From assembly GCA_002633005.1 (NCBI GenBank), contig NMRA01000178.1, positions 255,395 through 319,394 on the forward strand: a DNA stretch of 64,000 nucleotides, in the 5' to 3' direction. The stretch is from Phoronis australis. Taxonomy: Eukaryota > Animalia > Phoronida. The notes beneath the pieces are model-generated. The model had not been told where the DNA came from, made no database searches, and saw only the letters and a list, made by a program, of their open reading frames with translations. Position numbers and translations under genes: made by a program. The stretch's first letter is position 1. Each line of letters opens with the position of its first letter. Shown piece after piece: positions 23,719 through 39,817 of this stretch.

Positions 23719-25431
23719 CTATGTCCGTTCATCGTACCTTCCCCTTGATGCTGGGTTTATGCCCATTATCTGAAACTGTCATCAAAACCTGTTCAAGGGG
23801 CTCCAAATGCACATGACATTCCTACTTCATGTATACTGTTATGGTTGTGCTCAACTGTAAATAAATACAAGCCAAATCATCCTGTTGTTTCACAACACCG
23901 ACAATTCTATCACACACACTCTTCTCTGTCCCCTTGTCCCCAAGAAACAGATGTTGGTTATTAGAGTAATGCAGATCTTTCTGGTCTGGATCTTACACAG
24001 TTTGGAAGTACTGTCACACTGGATGAAGTGTTAAAAATTTTGTACCAGGATTAGGGTTCTTTCCCTCATATCTACAGTTGTGATTGTACTTTACTTTTGG
24101 TTATTTTAATCATAAACCTGCTGGCGTATACCAGGGATTACCGAAAGAGCACCCCCCGAAGGCTTTGTTTACATGTCTCAGACATATGGAAAACATAGGC
24201 AAAATGTCAATATTTTTCAATTTTTTGTCTTTAAAAGGACAGTCAAATGTTTCAAGCTGATCACTTCAGCAAAAGAAATTTTGTTGTTGGCCAAGCTGCT
24301 GACTGATAATATCGGAAACAATTTTTTTTATAAGATTAACATACATAACTTCAACATCAGGAAAGAGGTTTTACCATTTGTTTCCGGAATAAGCACGTAG
24401 GGGGTCTTTTTCGATGGAGTCACTTCTGTAGAGTGTTTTTTGGTGATGTCGATTTGCAGGCAGGCACATGTATTAGTTTGTGTATTGACTGTCAGGTAAG
24501 ATAAGTTAGAAAGAAAAATATTAAACTCAGAAATGAAGACAGGAGGTGTATTTTCTTCTTTGAGAAGCAGGTAGTCTAGAACTCATGGTGATTTTTGATT
24601 AATAATTTTAACTATCGAATGGCCTGTAGTTATGTAATACTCTGTATATAGTGTGAAAATGTTACAAAATTTCCTTGAAGTAATGGCCATGTTTAATGTT
24701 TGAACACCTGCCTTGTATTACATGGGTCCACTTCCTCAGTAAACTCATGGTATGAATGACTTACAAAGTTAATAGTATTTTAACTGTTATTTTTATTTTA
24801 CGTACTATATATAAGTGTATGTAAATGCACTTTAATATGTAAATATGTGATTACACTAGACACCGGACAGATTGTTCGCATTTTCCTACGAGAGCAAGAC
24901 GCGAGCTTTTGCACACCTGCATCCTTGGAAGTGATAAAAAAGTCAGTTAATGACCAGTATTTTAGTTATGTTAACTGTAAGACTGTGCTGAGAGCCTTTA
25001 CATAAAGGACGAAATGTTTTCGTCAAAAAGTTGTGATTTTGAAGTTGATGTTTAGATGTAAAAACTGAACTTAATTAAAACATCAATTTTGTTTCATTAC
25101 ATCCCATTTTCACGACGTCAAACAAAAGCCTCGAACCCTTAAATTGTAGGCTTTGTGCTATTGTCAACAGTCCATTTACTGTTTTGCAGTTACATACAAC
25201 ACAAGTTGTGTATGAAGGTTTACATTGTAAACAACATTTTCTACTTTGTGCACAGATGTATCAAAAGTGTATATTTCATACATGCATCGCATTTTGTAAT
25301 CTATGTGACTAGAATGTTCACCCTCACGAAATACATCAAGAAATACACAAGAATATAGAGTTAATTTTTTATTTTCAATAAAAAATATACACAAAACTAA
25401 GAAAGAAATTTTCACACGCCACTGAAAAATA

Positions 25432-28400
25432 TCATCGCTTGCGACTTTTATGTTTCGGACTACGATCTCTGTCTCGATATTTAGAGCCATAGTCTGCGTC
25501 ACGATGCCGTTCCCTGTCGTGATGTTTTGACTTTTCATGTTTGTTTCGTTTTGGTGATCTTTCCCTTGACCTGCTTCTCCTAGGTGATCTGTCTTGTTGC
25601 CTTGGTGACCTGTCTCGTTGCCTAGGTGACCTGTCTCGTTGCCTAGGTGACCTGTCTCGTTGCCTAGGTGACCTGTCTCGTTGCCTAGGTGACCTCTTTC
25701 GTTGCTTAGGACTCCTGCTCCGAGATCGACTCCTCTGTGTTTTGTCGTATCTCTCCTTGTAACCACCAGATCTCTGCCTAGGTCCTTCATCCTATAACAA
25801 AAACAATTTTTGCAACAACTGTCCAGTGGCAATTCAATTACAAAAGGGATTTCTGAGTCTGTTAATAACAGCTTATTATTGGTCAAGATCAGATCAAGTA
25901 AGTTGGCTTGACCCGCGCGGCAAGATCTGAAAGCATTACATTTACAGTCAACGTGCAAACGAAGACACTGTAAGTGTTGGGTCATAGAAGCAGGGTAACT
26001 TTCATTGGATTGTCTTAGGCAGTATTATAAAGTCACTTCTGGGAGTCTGTTATGTGAAAGTGACTTAAAACAGAAATTTGGTCTTACGTTCCCACTTCAC
26101 AATTGTTGAATAAAGATTTGAGTATTATAAATGTATTACCATCCAAGAACATTTTCCGCAATGTCATGAATGTAAAATCTCCTGTCAAAAAATTGTGGAA
26201 AATACATCAATTCGATGCGTAAAGCGCGATATCCTGCGATTGAAAGCATTGGTGAGAAGGCCCTTTTGATTGCATTCGAGAAACCGATTTTGAATGAGCA
26301 GCACACAATATTGCGACTCATGCTACACTTGTTTGTGTGACTTTTCTGTTACCCCCTCCATTTGACATCATTTGCAGTATTTTACACCTGCCGTGTCCCT
26401 CTGTGTACATTTAATTGTTACTAGCTTTTGTTCTGTGGTGGTATTTTATTTCCACTTGGGAATGACACCAGTATGTTTCAAAATATCATGTCTCCTGGTA
26501 AGTTACTTTACCAGTATTCTGTTCAGTGTTGAACTTAGTTCCGAGGATACGAACAGAATGGAATAAATACAGTCAACAACAAGTGTCATGTGTTTAACAA
26601 GTACTACCAAATAGAAATAATTTACATACAGAAATTAGCCCAGTAAGTAGCGGTTAATATGCATATATACTGAGAGACTTTGCACTTTTACTCAACTGAG
26701 ATTCAATTATCTTTAAGAAATTTTTGCGTGGAGCGTAAAACCAAATTTCTTCCTTCAGTCTTCAGTTATTTTTCACAAAATAGACCGCTGAAATTACTTT
26801 TAACTTTTCGTAAAAAACAAGCAGAGACCAGAGGTTGAAATCAAAAGTCATTTTAACTAAAGAGTGGTAGACACCAGCTTTGGTGACCTTTTGCTCACCA
26901 TGTGTTTTGAAGGCCTCTTCTCATCACGGGTGCGCTCTTCTCTGTCGCGGTGTTTTTTCTTCTTTTCTTTTTTATCCGTTTCTTCATCAGACATCACCAA
27001 ATTGTACTCTCTGGGACGGATTTAGGAACAACTAGCTAGCAATGAATGTGTAGACTACTTGGACCTGGTTTGCAACACATCACGTTGTCAAATCTCAGAC
27101 TAATATTCATGAGACTACCGTAAAGCCTCTCCAATTTGGGAGTCTCTAGAATTTGGACACGGAAACTATCATGGCAAATTTTTATTATCTTGATTCTGGA
27201 ATTTGGGACAAGTGTGATTTTAGCATTCACCATATTTCAGACAATGTGTTTTCAATCTACAGATTGGGTGATTTGTATGTTTTTGGTGATTCGTGAATTT
27301 GGGACAGCCAATATTGCCTATTTCTAGAATTTGGAAAAATCTCTGTCCTTGAGCAAAATAATTTTTCACTGTCCCACAGCTGAAAATTTTTACTGTAAAT
27401 AGACGATGCTTACTTTTTGGTACCATGTTATCTGAACAATAATTGGAATGTATTTAAAAGTTGCTATTGTAAACACGCTCTGTTATTTTGGCCGTTTTGA
27501 ATGTGTCTCCACTTATTCCTAACTCAGATCATGAGTGACTTCCAGACTAAATAACTAACAGTCTCTTCTCATTTAAAGCCGGCCAACTGTTCAGTAGCGC
27601 TAGGACCTCCCTGTGCACCAAAACATTGCAAGATTACATGAGATATCGTAGAGTACTTTAAATGAGAACATGCGATTTTTGCTAGACTTTAGCGAGGCCC
27701 AAACATAGGTCCTAGCGTTACTCAACTCTACTCAGGATTAATTTCATTTATGTGTCAAAAACAATGTGGCTGACCAAATAGGTTTCGAGATAAAAAGCTA
27801 GGTGGAGTTATAGTAGTTAACCATTGTGGTCTTGACGCAGAAAATGACACGGTATGGCAAGCCAAGTTATTGAATCTGTTCTACAAACTAATATCATATG
27901 CCATGCCCAAAATCCCTAATGTTCAGTGTAATCTGTATAAGCTGAGATCAAAGATATGTGGCTCAAATCATGACACAATCTAACGTTCGACATGTGGAGG
28001 AGTGTTAACAGCTGATAGATTTGAACAGGACTGTAAACTACTACTGAAGTGAAGGATATTTCAAACTGGTATGGAAGTTCAGTGTAACTGTACAGCTGTC
28101 AATACACACTGAACAAGCTGTACATACATGGACTAGATTGATGAAAATCAATTTGAAGATTATTACAAGACGTGATAAAAGGATACTGGCCCAGTCTAGA
28201 CTTGTTCTTCACCACATATTTGGCACCCTGTGTCTCGCTTGTCTCCTTGCCATCCATATGCTCGACACCCCGCCCTGAAAACACAATAACATATTGAAGC
28301 CGTAGCTTGGTGAAATTAATAACAGTAATGAATTACTGCCACATCCTGATCACATCTTACACGTTTTACAGTTTGATCCCTTATCGGATTTTCGCTGAAC

Positions 28401-31400
28401 TTGGGGACCAAGTTCTGTGTTAAAGTTGTTCAACTTAATGCTCATGTCTTGCCATTCGACTTATGCAGGTTCCACTGTGGAAATGACTGCAACACAACGT
28501 TCCCCCTTAATGGTGTGAAACAACTTCATAGCTAAAACGGGTTGTAGGTGCATTACTCTGAAAGCAAGGGTGCATTTTCCGTAAGATCAAAAAGTAGCAA
28601 CTAACTTCACGTTTATCAACAACTTTCATTAACGACATTAATGAACTATATGTGCCAGTGTAAAGTACAAGTTACAAAGACTCGGTATATAACCTTTGGT
28701 GAAACGGGCCCCAGGTTATGAAGTAATGCACTATACAGTTTGGTGACAATTCCCACTAATTTCACCCAAACAATGTTGCCGAAATTGTAAGCTTTCAATT
28801 TTTGAAGTCTACCTACACTACAAACGAGCACACATTAAAGGTTAATTTCAGTGGTTAAAATTATCTAATGGGAAGTCATATGTCGAAGACACACAAACGC
28901 AAACAAATAAGTATTCTGAACACTTCATCTATGCGCAATTACATGATTGTTTCTAAACCACTAAATCCAATGCAGCAATTCAATGTGCTGGGCAGGCTAC
29001 TTGCTTCTCTAGCTGATTGTCAGGCAATGCAATGACCGAGGGGTATGCCTGTTGCATGTTTTACCACATTAAACATTAGGACTGACCAGACACATTGTCC
29101 AGGAAGGTCACTTTGTAATGCAGATGTATTTCCCAGCTAAGATTACGACTTCACCAATTAGTGAGTGGAATGTACTGGCCAGTTTGATCTTATTCCAGGT
29201 AATGACCATAGAAACTGGAAATCAAGGATAAACCCTGGAGTATGCCTTTAAAGCTTATCCAAGTAAATACTCCCTAACATGATTTAAGCAAAAACCCATA
29301 CATCACGTTTCCAACGTACCTTTGCCTTTCCATTTTAATTTGGCAACAGACTGGCTGAAGTCAACATGTATTCGTCGGTCGTCGATTAGAACATTGTCCA
29401 TCTTGAAGTAAGCATTCTCGCAACTTTGAGTCTTCAAAGATAAACAACCATTGCAATACATTGAATAAGTGCAATAATCAGACATGTAGATCTTTGGGCA
29501 ATAGTCTAATATAACATGCCCGCATTTTGAGAACAAATTTGAAGCCCGTTATTCAGTGGAGAATACTGGTTCTCAAAATATGGGCACATTATATCAGACT
29601 ATTACAGATCTTCATACTGTCTGTATTGCCAACACATCATGTGACTTTAGCATAACCTCGATGGATGCACTCATGTGAGGAATTGAAAGATCACAGAATA
29701 AACCGTAGGTAATATACTACAAATATTTGAAATTGGCCTAAACAGACCAAATACTCTAACGTCCACCTTATTCAATAATATCCATACTTTACAGATCACA
29801 TTGTACATGACCAATTTAAACATTCAAACTCCTTGACAACTGGTAGATTGTATGCAGTCCTCGACAACAGATAAATTGCATCCTTCTAAAAGGTTTCACC
29901 AGCTATCTTAAGTGTCCAAGCTTGACTGACCATTGTATGGAGACGAGTATACAAAAATTGTACTCACACTTAGTACAGTCCCAAGAGTTCAAATTCAGCT
30001 CCCTAATCAGAATATGTCTAGACCTACTGTATGGTTAGACATGTGAGCTGTCACATGATCGTCAGGCACAAGAACAGAAGAGAAAGGACTCGGGTTTTGC
30101 AGAATGTAAATTTATGCTGCAATGCTACTGCGAACTCAAAAACTTTAAGTGTCCGCAAAGACTATTAATCTTTTTCCCAAGTTCATTTTGTACATCATTC
30201 AAACTCGACAAAATGCCACCAGACATTGGTAAACCTTAGTGGGCCAACAGAGCCACAGTACACAACTCACCGATATCAGGAACTGATTTGGCTAATCAGC
30301 ACACAAAGGGTTAACGTAGTGTCACTGTCTGCCTATCATTTTGTCAGTTACATATCAACAAACTAGACGAGAGCTATTTAATTGACCTATCTCAGTGACC
30401 TTGGTTCAGAAAGTGGATGAACTTTAATAACCTAAGTATTTATTTTGGTTTAAAGACTTAATTTCTTTTTTTTCAATCATTAAAATCGATAATGTTATAC
30501 CTACATCAAAATACAACAGTTATTGTCATTTAAAATGTGAACGCATTTTTGGGAAACTGTACACTGAAATAGAGAAATATTCGGCAGCAACACAGCTGGA
30601 AACAATCAATGAAAAAATGAGTAACTTTCAAAATACCGAAATTACCAAATATCACATCAAAACAACTCCAGTAAAACCAACTCACTTCTTTGAATTCAAT
30701 AAATGCATATTGTAAAGATTCTCCACTCTTGTGATCCTTGATAACTTCACAGCTGAAAAATAAAATATCCAACTCAAAACAGTTACTGACTGTAGATTAG
30801 ATTTAGTAACATCGTCTAAACAAAGTGTTATGAACCTTGACTTTGTGTGATTGAAAGTTGACATTCGCAAAGCTCCTTCTTCAAATGACTGATATGACCC
30901 CGAGTGTTACAACTAATAAATGTTAGAAAAAATATTTTCAATTCTTGTGATCTGCACTTTCTCTTGTAAATTTTTCTTGTAAAGACGAGTTACAAATGAT
31001 TTTTGAATCCACCATGAGAAATTATAGCTTTGTATTCTTCCAATTTTGTTTTGCAGTAGTAGAGACCAGCAATTATAAACCACTAAATACCTTCTAGCTG
31101 CCAGCAGGTGTACAAGACAACAACTAGTATAAAGTAAACAATGAGCGTGTCGGTGCTAAAATATATTGAAATATTCCCCACGTTTCGTGCAGTACGCTTT
31201 TTACGAGGGCATGACACAGACAATCTGTCGTTTTACTTCATACTACTTTACTCTTCTTAACCTCCAGTAACTACATGACATTTAAACACCTATGATGACA
31301 AAAACTGAATGCAAAAAGGATGGCACTGTCATGTGCTTGAGATTCATCACAAAGTGAATGACTAGCAATTAAATATGCGACTGGTCATCAAAACCATGTG

Positions 31401-34400
31401 TGTAACAGAACTATTAAAAAGTAAATGTCACATCATATCTGGTGAAACACTGCACCTGACAATGTCACCAAAGCGCGAGAATATAATCTCCAGATCCTCC
31501 TCTGTTGTGACAGGGTTCAGTTTACATACAAACAGGACGTTCTCAGGTGGTGGGGCATCAGCTGCAGGCAGGTCACCGATCTAGTAAATACACAAACGTA
31601 AAATCAATCAAACGAATTCACAATTTACAAAAAAAACACAAAAAGGCATTTAGAGCGTTCTGATGACATTCTATCACTGTTTGAGAAGACCGTTGTATTG
31701 AGATATGTCATCGCATCATTTCAAGTGCAAAATAATGTTTCTTGCACAGAATACATTAATTTTTAAATAAACATCTCCTCTGCACATGAATCAACTGCCG
31801 CAACTTTGCAGTTTATGACTCTTCCGTGTTCACAAAAAATTGTTGGTGTCAGAAAATAATACAGAATGTGTGTGTGTGTGTGTGTGNNNNNNNNNNNNNN
31901 NNNNNNACGTGTATCAGACCGCCTGCAATTATTTTTTTAATTACCTAATGCTGGCCATTACATCCTACCCCATGATCATGATACATGACCATGATTTTGA
32001 AAGGACAATTACTATGAACGAAGCTTTATTACGACTTAGTATGACTCATCAGTATTGGTAGAAAGTCAACCAACTTTAATCTCTAGCAAAAGTAGCAAGC
32101 AACTGAACCATAAAACCTAGCTCTCTACCAAAACAACCTTCTCACCAATGCCTCCACACAATATTCTGAAAAAAGTACATATGACTAATATGCAAATTGT
32201 TATCACTCAAAACAGCAACAAATGCCTCACCATCTCCAAAATCTGGGCATTAGCCTTGGCCTCTTTCTCTTGGTGAATTTCTTCCACTTCTCTCTCGGTC
32301 TTCCCCTCCGTGTCATCAATTTCTTCATCAACCCCTATGTAGCCTTGGCCCTACAAAAACACATAATAGTGAACAAGATGAACAACGTACACACTTGACA
32401 CAAGACACTGGACACAAGACACTGGAGACAAGACACTGAAAACATAGAAATTAGGAAGCGAAGCAATAGGCAATGTAATGGCACAGCCGTAAAATTCAAC
32501 TTGGCTTGTTTCAGTTTTAGTTTTTCGTTGGTACATCTCCCCCATGATAATCTTGAGTGAATATAGCCATCACCGGCATACACTGCAAAGCAATGGTGAA
32601 ACAGTGTAAGCTTAAACTATCTGATGATGCATGGAGGAAGTGCTTCACATGCACACAAACAAAACACACATTTCCAAGCTCTATTAAACCAAAGCGTTCA
32701 TAGAAGCTCTTGTACTTCGACAGGCTTGGTTTTCGGTGGTGATCCAGGTTAATACTGGACACTACAGTGTAACTGGTCATCGAAACATCATAGGCCACAC
32801 GACACCCTCAAGCTTCCCTAAGTGTGGCACGGTAGTTGAAACTCCAAAACATCTAAAGAAAATCATTCTGCCTACCAAAGGCTTCCCAATATACTACATG
32901 ATGGATACATACACTGCCTGGAAGAAATCGCTTAATCATTCAGGTTTAACAGTCTATATGAAGAGGCAAGAGGATGCGTTTATATTGAAGCGTCAAAAGG
33001 GCTACTTACATCTAACTGTTCCTTTGTTGGCTCTGGAGATTGTTCAGGAACCTCTAACCCAGGTGGGTCATTGTAGGGGTCATCCAGTATGACTGTGTGG
33101 AATATCCTGGGAAGATATATAACAGTCACTAGCATGTACTAATCACTGATAACATGTCACGACACTGACCTACATGCAGACGGACACACTTGTCACTGAC
33201 CTACTTAAAGAAGAATAGTGTGAGGGCAGTAGAGGAGTATGGGAAGGTTTCATGCCTTACAACAAAATGACAGAGTTGCGTCTGATTATTCTCGATTTGG
33301 TGCTGCCAATCAACTAGCAAGAGCCACAAACAACCTGGGCCAGCCAGCTTGCTAGACTCACGATTATGGCGACACTGTTAATAATAATAATAATAATTCC
33401 TCTAAATCCCACCAATGTCTGGAAAAAGTGAATAACATCCAAGGACATTTAATAATCTACGGGCTGCCAGCCCATTTCGCACTTTATCTCAACACTTCAT
33501 GTTAAAGACATATAAACATGTATTTTGCTAGTGAAAACTTGAATGTATGATTTAAATACTTTCTAAAAGTTCATATTTCATTAAAAATGATGTGATACAC
33601 CCAAAAACTACATATTTCAATTTTAAGTAATGTTCACCTAAAAAGCGACAATACAAACTCAGCTCACTATCTAGGTAGGTACCCAGGAAATTATTGCTGA
33701 AGTTGGCGCGACAAAATGTGTTTAATTCTTTCTCCTGTTTTCTAATGTATTCTAAATCCTTGGAACATCAGGAGATGAAATCTCACAATACTAAGCCACA
33801 AATGCACAATTTTCATTAGTTAATCATTCACTGACTAGTTTCAACTGATCAATCAGTATAGGGAAAGCATGACTGTGCAAATTACAGCAGTACTCAGATA
33901 CGTCATATTGGTCAGATCTCCTGCTCCGGAGTAATTCTGTCATTTACCATCATATTTTTCCTCTACCAATTTCGCCGATCTTGGTTCAACAACATCAATA
34001 ATTTTAAAGTAGGTATTATCTTTTGCTTTCAAGTGATTCTCCCAGGAAATAGATGCTCAAAATCTGTAGCATATTCATGCCATAAAATAAAAATGTGGAA
34101 TCTATGTAAATCTGATTATAAATAGTTGTCATTCCTCTAAGCCATGTATCTAACATTGTAAGATCTGCACTACTCAGAAAATACAATGAAAGCATTGAAC
34201 TTCCAATATACACGATGTCTTCCGTATGTAGTGTTGTGGAATAAACACATGAGTGACTTTTATAAAACTTCACTAGTCGAGGTTCAAAACTTGTTTCAAG
34301 AAAACTCACAATTTCCAGCCAAATTATTATTATTAAACGAGTGTTCAAAAACTATTTATTACACGTTTATTATCTGGTTATATCTTCCTGACGGTACTTA

Positions 34401-37400
34401 TCGCAAGATTTGGCACTGATATCTCTGCCTCCGACAATCGCCATAAAGCATACATTTATGCTTAGATACCTATAAATTGTAGAGCCACAAAATCATACGG
34501 CACACAGTCAATCATGTAGTTGCACACACACACACATACCTTATGTCTTGATATGGTCGGTTGTTTCCATCACAGATTGCTTCATTCAGTTTCTCTAGTG
34601 TGTCAAACCCCTCTGACACTTCTCCAAACACTGTGTGCACCCCATCAAGGTAGTCAAGGTTCTCTCCACTTGTGATGAAGAACTAGAATAAGGTGTACTA
34701 GAATTAAATCTGTTCGTCAAATCCCTCACTCTCTCACTTAACAAACAACGTGGAGCTCGGTTCAAAGTGTCATCTGCGTCATCTTTAACATAATTTATAA
34801 AACTGTTAAAAGTTTAAATTATTCATAAAATAACAAGACATCTTATATGAAATTTGACATGACAAGTGTTGTGATTTTACAAAAACCTGATGACAAAATT
34901 TTATAGTCTTGAGTTAACTTTTTTTTTATTTTACTATCAATCGAAAATTACTGCCAAAACATAATCTAAAATTGAATAGACTAGTTACCTGTGACCCATG
35001 CATGTTACTGCCATTATTCACCATGGATACCAGACCAGACTTCTTATGCTTTATTCTGGGTTTCACTTCCATTTCAAAGAATTTGGCTTGCTCACCGTAG
35101 ATTTTACTAAAACCAGATGGCACACTTACACCAAGCAAACTGAACTTTTTATCCAACAGCTAAACCATTACTGCTACTGACTCACACAAATCTTGACCAA
35201 ATGAAACACAGATTATAATATAATTCTTTAAGACTGTCTTTATTCAACATAACACTAACAGTTTCACTCAGCACTTTATAGATTTGGAGGAAAGTTTCAG
35301 GGAAAATTGTAAGTCCGTCAAGATCGATTAGATTCGACTGCGTGATCGCAGGTGTGAATCCAAGATCCTGACGAGAACAAACATAGGGGTGCTTTAAATC
35401 TCCATTAAAGCATCATCGCAACTGCCACTGAGAAAAATAAATAGATTCTTAACAAGGGAACAGATATAAATTTAACCATTCAGCTTGTGGATAAAGCTTG
35501 CGGTGAAATTACGATACAATAACCTCTTGATGGAGGTCAGTGTTCTCCAAGTGAGTTCTTGTGTCATTACACTTCAGCTGAACAAAGACGTAGGGTATGC
35601 TCATCAACACAAAATAAAAGCAACATATAGAACATCAATTTAACAATTTAGGGACATTTTGACAAAAATTAAATCCAACAAAGTATATGTGATTAATTTA
35701 AAACAAGTAAGAGTAACACCTTTCAGTAAGAATGAAAGAGTCATGAAAAGTCAGAAGGTCAAAAGGTAGGGATGTCGAATGGACACCAAAGGCAAATCAA
35801 CTCACGAGAACACAGACGCACCACCACGCCCAGTCCCTGTTGGATCCCCAGTCTGAGCCACAAGATTTTGCTGTAAGAAAACAGCAAAATTTACATAATG
35901 ACAAAATCTATCGTTAAATAGAAGATCTTATTCAAATGACTCCATTTTCCTTTGTTTAATAGTTGGCTGAACATTGTCAGTTAAAAATATTCCACAGTAG
36001 AACATTATAAGAAGGTTAAACAATCAGTTATTTCTTAAAAAGTCCGACTGGGAAGTCATTGGAAGGTTATTAAAATGATAAATCCAGACTCTTGTAGATG
36101 TCATATGTCCTTTAAATCAAACCATGGCAGACCAATGATGTGAATTCTTAACATTAAACAAATATAACAAAAAACAATTTGACAAATCAGAAACTGATAG
36201 ACAATTCAAAGTGGATATAAATTTACCTTCCTAGAAAACAACTTTTAATTTACAGCACTGACCGTTATGACATTGGAGCACTGACCGTTATGACATTGGT
36301 CTCAAATGGCTCCTCATCCTCTATGTGAGATCACTAAACTTGACAAGAATGGACAGTTGGTTGAAATGCGAAGCTGCAAGTCGCCGAGCAGTCTCAAGCA
36401 AACTGTCAGTTCTTTACAAGAACAAAAATCACTTCACATCTGAGTAAAGAACAGGGACCGGTTCCAAAAACTGACCTAAGGTCATTTTTGACGAATGCAT
36501 AAGATTTGTCTTAACTTCCAAACTTTGAAACTTCCACATCTGGTAAGATAGTCAAATTAAGACGAAACTTAAAAACTTAAGTCAAACTTAAGATCTCTTT
36601 GAAACGGTCTTTGGACAATTATAAATTTTATCTTAAACTTTTTATACTAAATCGTTGTTGTACTTTATGCATTCCACAAACCTGAACAGAGTGGAAGAGA
36701 CACCAGTTGTAATACTTGATCTTGCATAACTTGAGGAAGTTCAGGCAGCCTGAATGAAAAGCAAGATTAAGAACACAGCAAAAAGTAATACAGCTAGGCT
36801 AAATAACAGTTGGTACCCCTCTAGCAGTTGGTACCCCTATAGCAGTCATTCAGAAAAAGACTTGGGCCGGAACAATAAACAGAAGAAGTCATTTTTTGAA
36901 ATGAGGCTTTTTTAACGACATATTTTTTAAATTTGGAATTGTGGACTCTTGACAAGGAAACGTGAACAGAACAGATGATCATGTTATAATCCAGGTTGGC
37001 AATTACACCGCAGCCATGACGCAAACATACAGGAGCCATGGTACACCCCAATAAAAAGTTTTTTATCTCAAAATACAGTGAGTAACATGAATGAAACATG
37101 CACGTATACACATGGAGTTATGATTAACAGATCAAAATTCTGGAGACAATATAATTTGAACATATCCATGAAAAACTGCACAGGGTGCCATTTTGAGGAA
37201 GTTATGCGAAATTATGCCTAACCCAACAGAAGCAGGTTCTCAAACCATGAGGATTTCACTGTATCAGAAGACTTTCACTGCATCAGGAGAACTACATATA
37301 TGTAAAGTATATTATTTATGTCGAGATGAGGCCTAATGTTATGGACAACTATGTGCTCCATAAGTTTGGAACATATACTCGGGAACCCAATGGTCGTCCG

Positions 37401-38527
37401 CCTAAGCATAAAACCGACTTGCTGTTGTACTCACCGAATTATTCCACTTCAAAGTTATGATCTGAATAGGATTCGATTTAACTCTCACAGATATACCGCA
37501 TTCATCGATTCGGAAGTTTTCTTTAATTTGTGCCGAGTTATTTCAAATGTGCACTGCCTTCGGCAGCCATTTTATTGTGACACCTAAGGTCGTCATATGC
37601 TGCCCCCTTTTGTAAAAACTGAGAAACATGCAGAAAAAGGCCAACGAAGTAATGAAAATTGCAACAGCCTGTTTTTATTGACATAAACTCGATTTGAAGC
37701 TTTGATGTTGAGCTCTGCACTGTGGTTTCCAATAAAAGCCAATTGGACAACATTTCAATGCAGTTTAATGGTGAATGCGTGAGGCAAAAATGTTAAGAAC
37801 CCAGCGTATCGCATTTGTCTGCGGATTTTTCCTTTGGCCTTCTAGATCCTACTAGTGCCTGGGACAAACAGATACATTGCATAAACAAACCCTGGATCAT
37901 GTTTTGTGTCCCGTCGGAAGAAAATTTAAATTCGAAAACATCTTCTGAAAACGCACAAAAAGTGTATTAGTAAAATCTACTGATTTTTAAGTGGTTTTAA
38001 AAAACAATCGGTAAACTCACCGATTTTTGTCTCATTACTTTGATACGTGTCTCTTCCGATAAGTTAGTACCTAACGTGCACACGAGCACTCCAAATCGGA
38101 ACGCTAAGTCCCGCGTGGTTGCGCTGCACGCGAAACAAGATGGCAGACGACCTTTGGAGCCTGACGACAATAGGTAACCGGACTATATATGGGATATGGC
38201 TATGCAGGTGAGTGATATTGGGCGGTAGTTTGAAGCCAAAGTTTTAACTTTTATCATCTTACTTGGAGATGGGTGCTACGTTTGCAGTTAGCCACTCTGA
38301 CGGAACTGCAGATGTTTGACATGATTTGGATGAAACAGGTTCTCAAAATCTGGGACCGCTATATCCGACAAGTGCCCACTGTACGTCATCAATGGTCATG
38401 TTGCAATGTATTTCACACAGACAGTGCCAGTGCACAAACGATGTAGGGCCTACTTACACCTTGGTCGTTCTTCAGTATAGAGGTCAATCGTCAAATCTCC
38501 TAAGGACGTTTCTAATATAACAGCCAT
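25432..38527 (-). CDS. PPIL4: Peptidyl-prolyl isomerase-like 4 (cyclophilin + RRM + RS-rich tail), 13 exons, ~514 aa
   Basis: Exons 38527-38458, 36749-36682, 35870-35806, 35106-34989, 34682-34540, 33106-33010, 32350-32231, 31580-31456, 30752-30686, 29431-29320, 28274-28187, 27010-26899 and 25791-25432 join in phase (1545 nt). It starts [23 protein letters not shown], has cyclophilin motifs [12 protein letters not shown] and [14 protein letters not shown] motifs [21 protein letters not shown] and [19 protein letters not shown], and an RS/RD-rich C-terminus. Confidence 0.95.
25580..25705 (-). repeat. Coding 21-bp repeat x~6 in the PPIL4 last exon (RQRDRSP heptads)
   Basis: Plus-strand unit CCTAGGTGACCTGTCTCGTTG; in the spliced frame it reads SPRQRDR repeatedly. 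Confidence 0.9.
29502..29601. mobile_element. Dispersed copy of the ~100-bp palindromic MITE seen at 1092-1198 and 1297-1390
   Basis: TAGTCTAATATAACATGCCCGCATTTTGAGAAC ... GTTCTCAAAATATGGGCACATTATATCAGACTA. Confidence 0.65.

Positions 38528-39817
<1,290 letters not shown>

Noticed and set aside
25176-25985. 269-aa minus-strand ORF with GHLGNET repeats
   Set aside because: Alternative frame over the PPIL4 last exon; the splice phase selects the RS-rich frame ending at 25432.
33893-33955. Possible C/D box snoRNA in PPIL4 intron 5 (minus strand ATGATGG...CTGA...CTGA)
   Set aside because: Imperfect C box, no terminal stem and no rRNA/snRNA complementarity that I could recognise.
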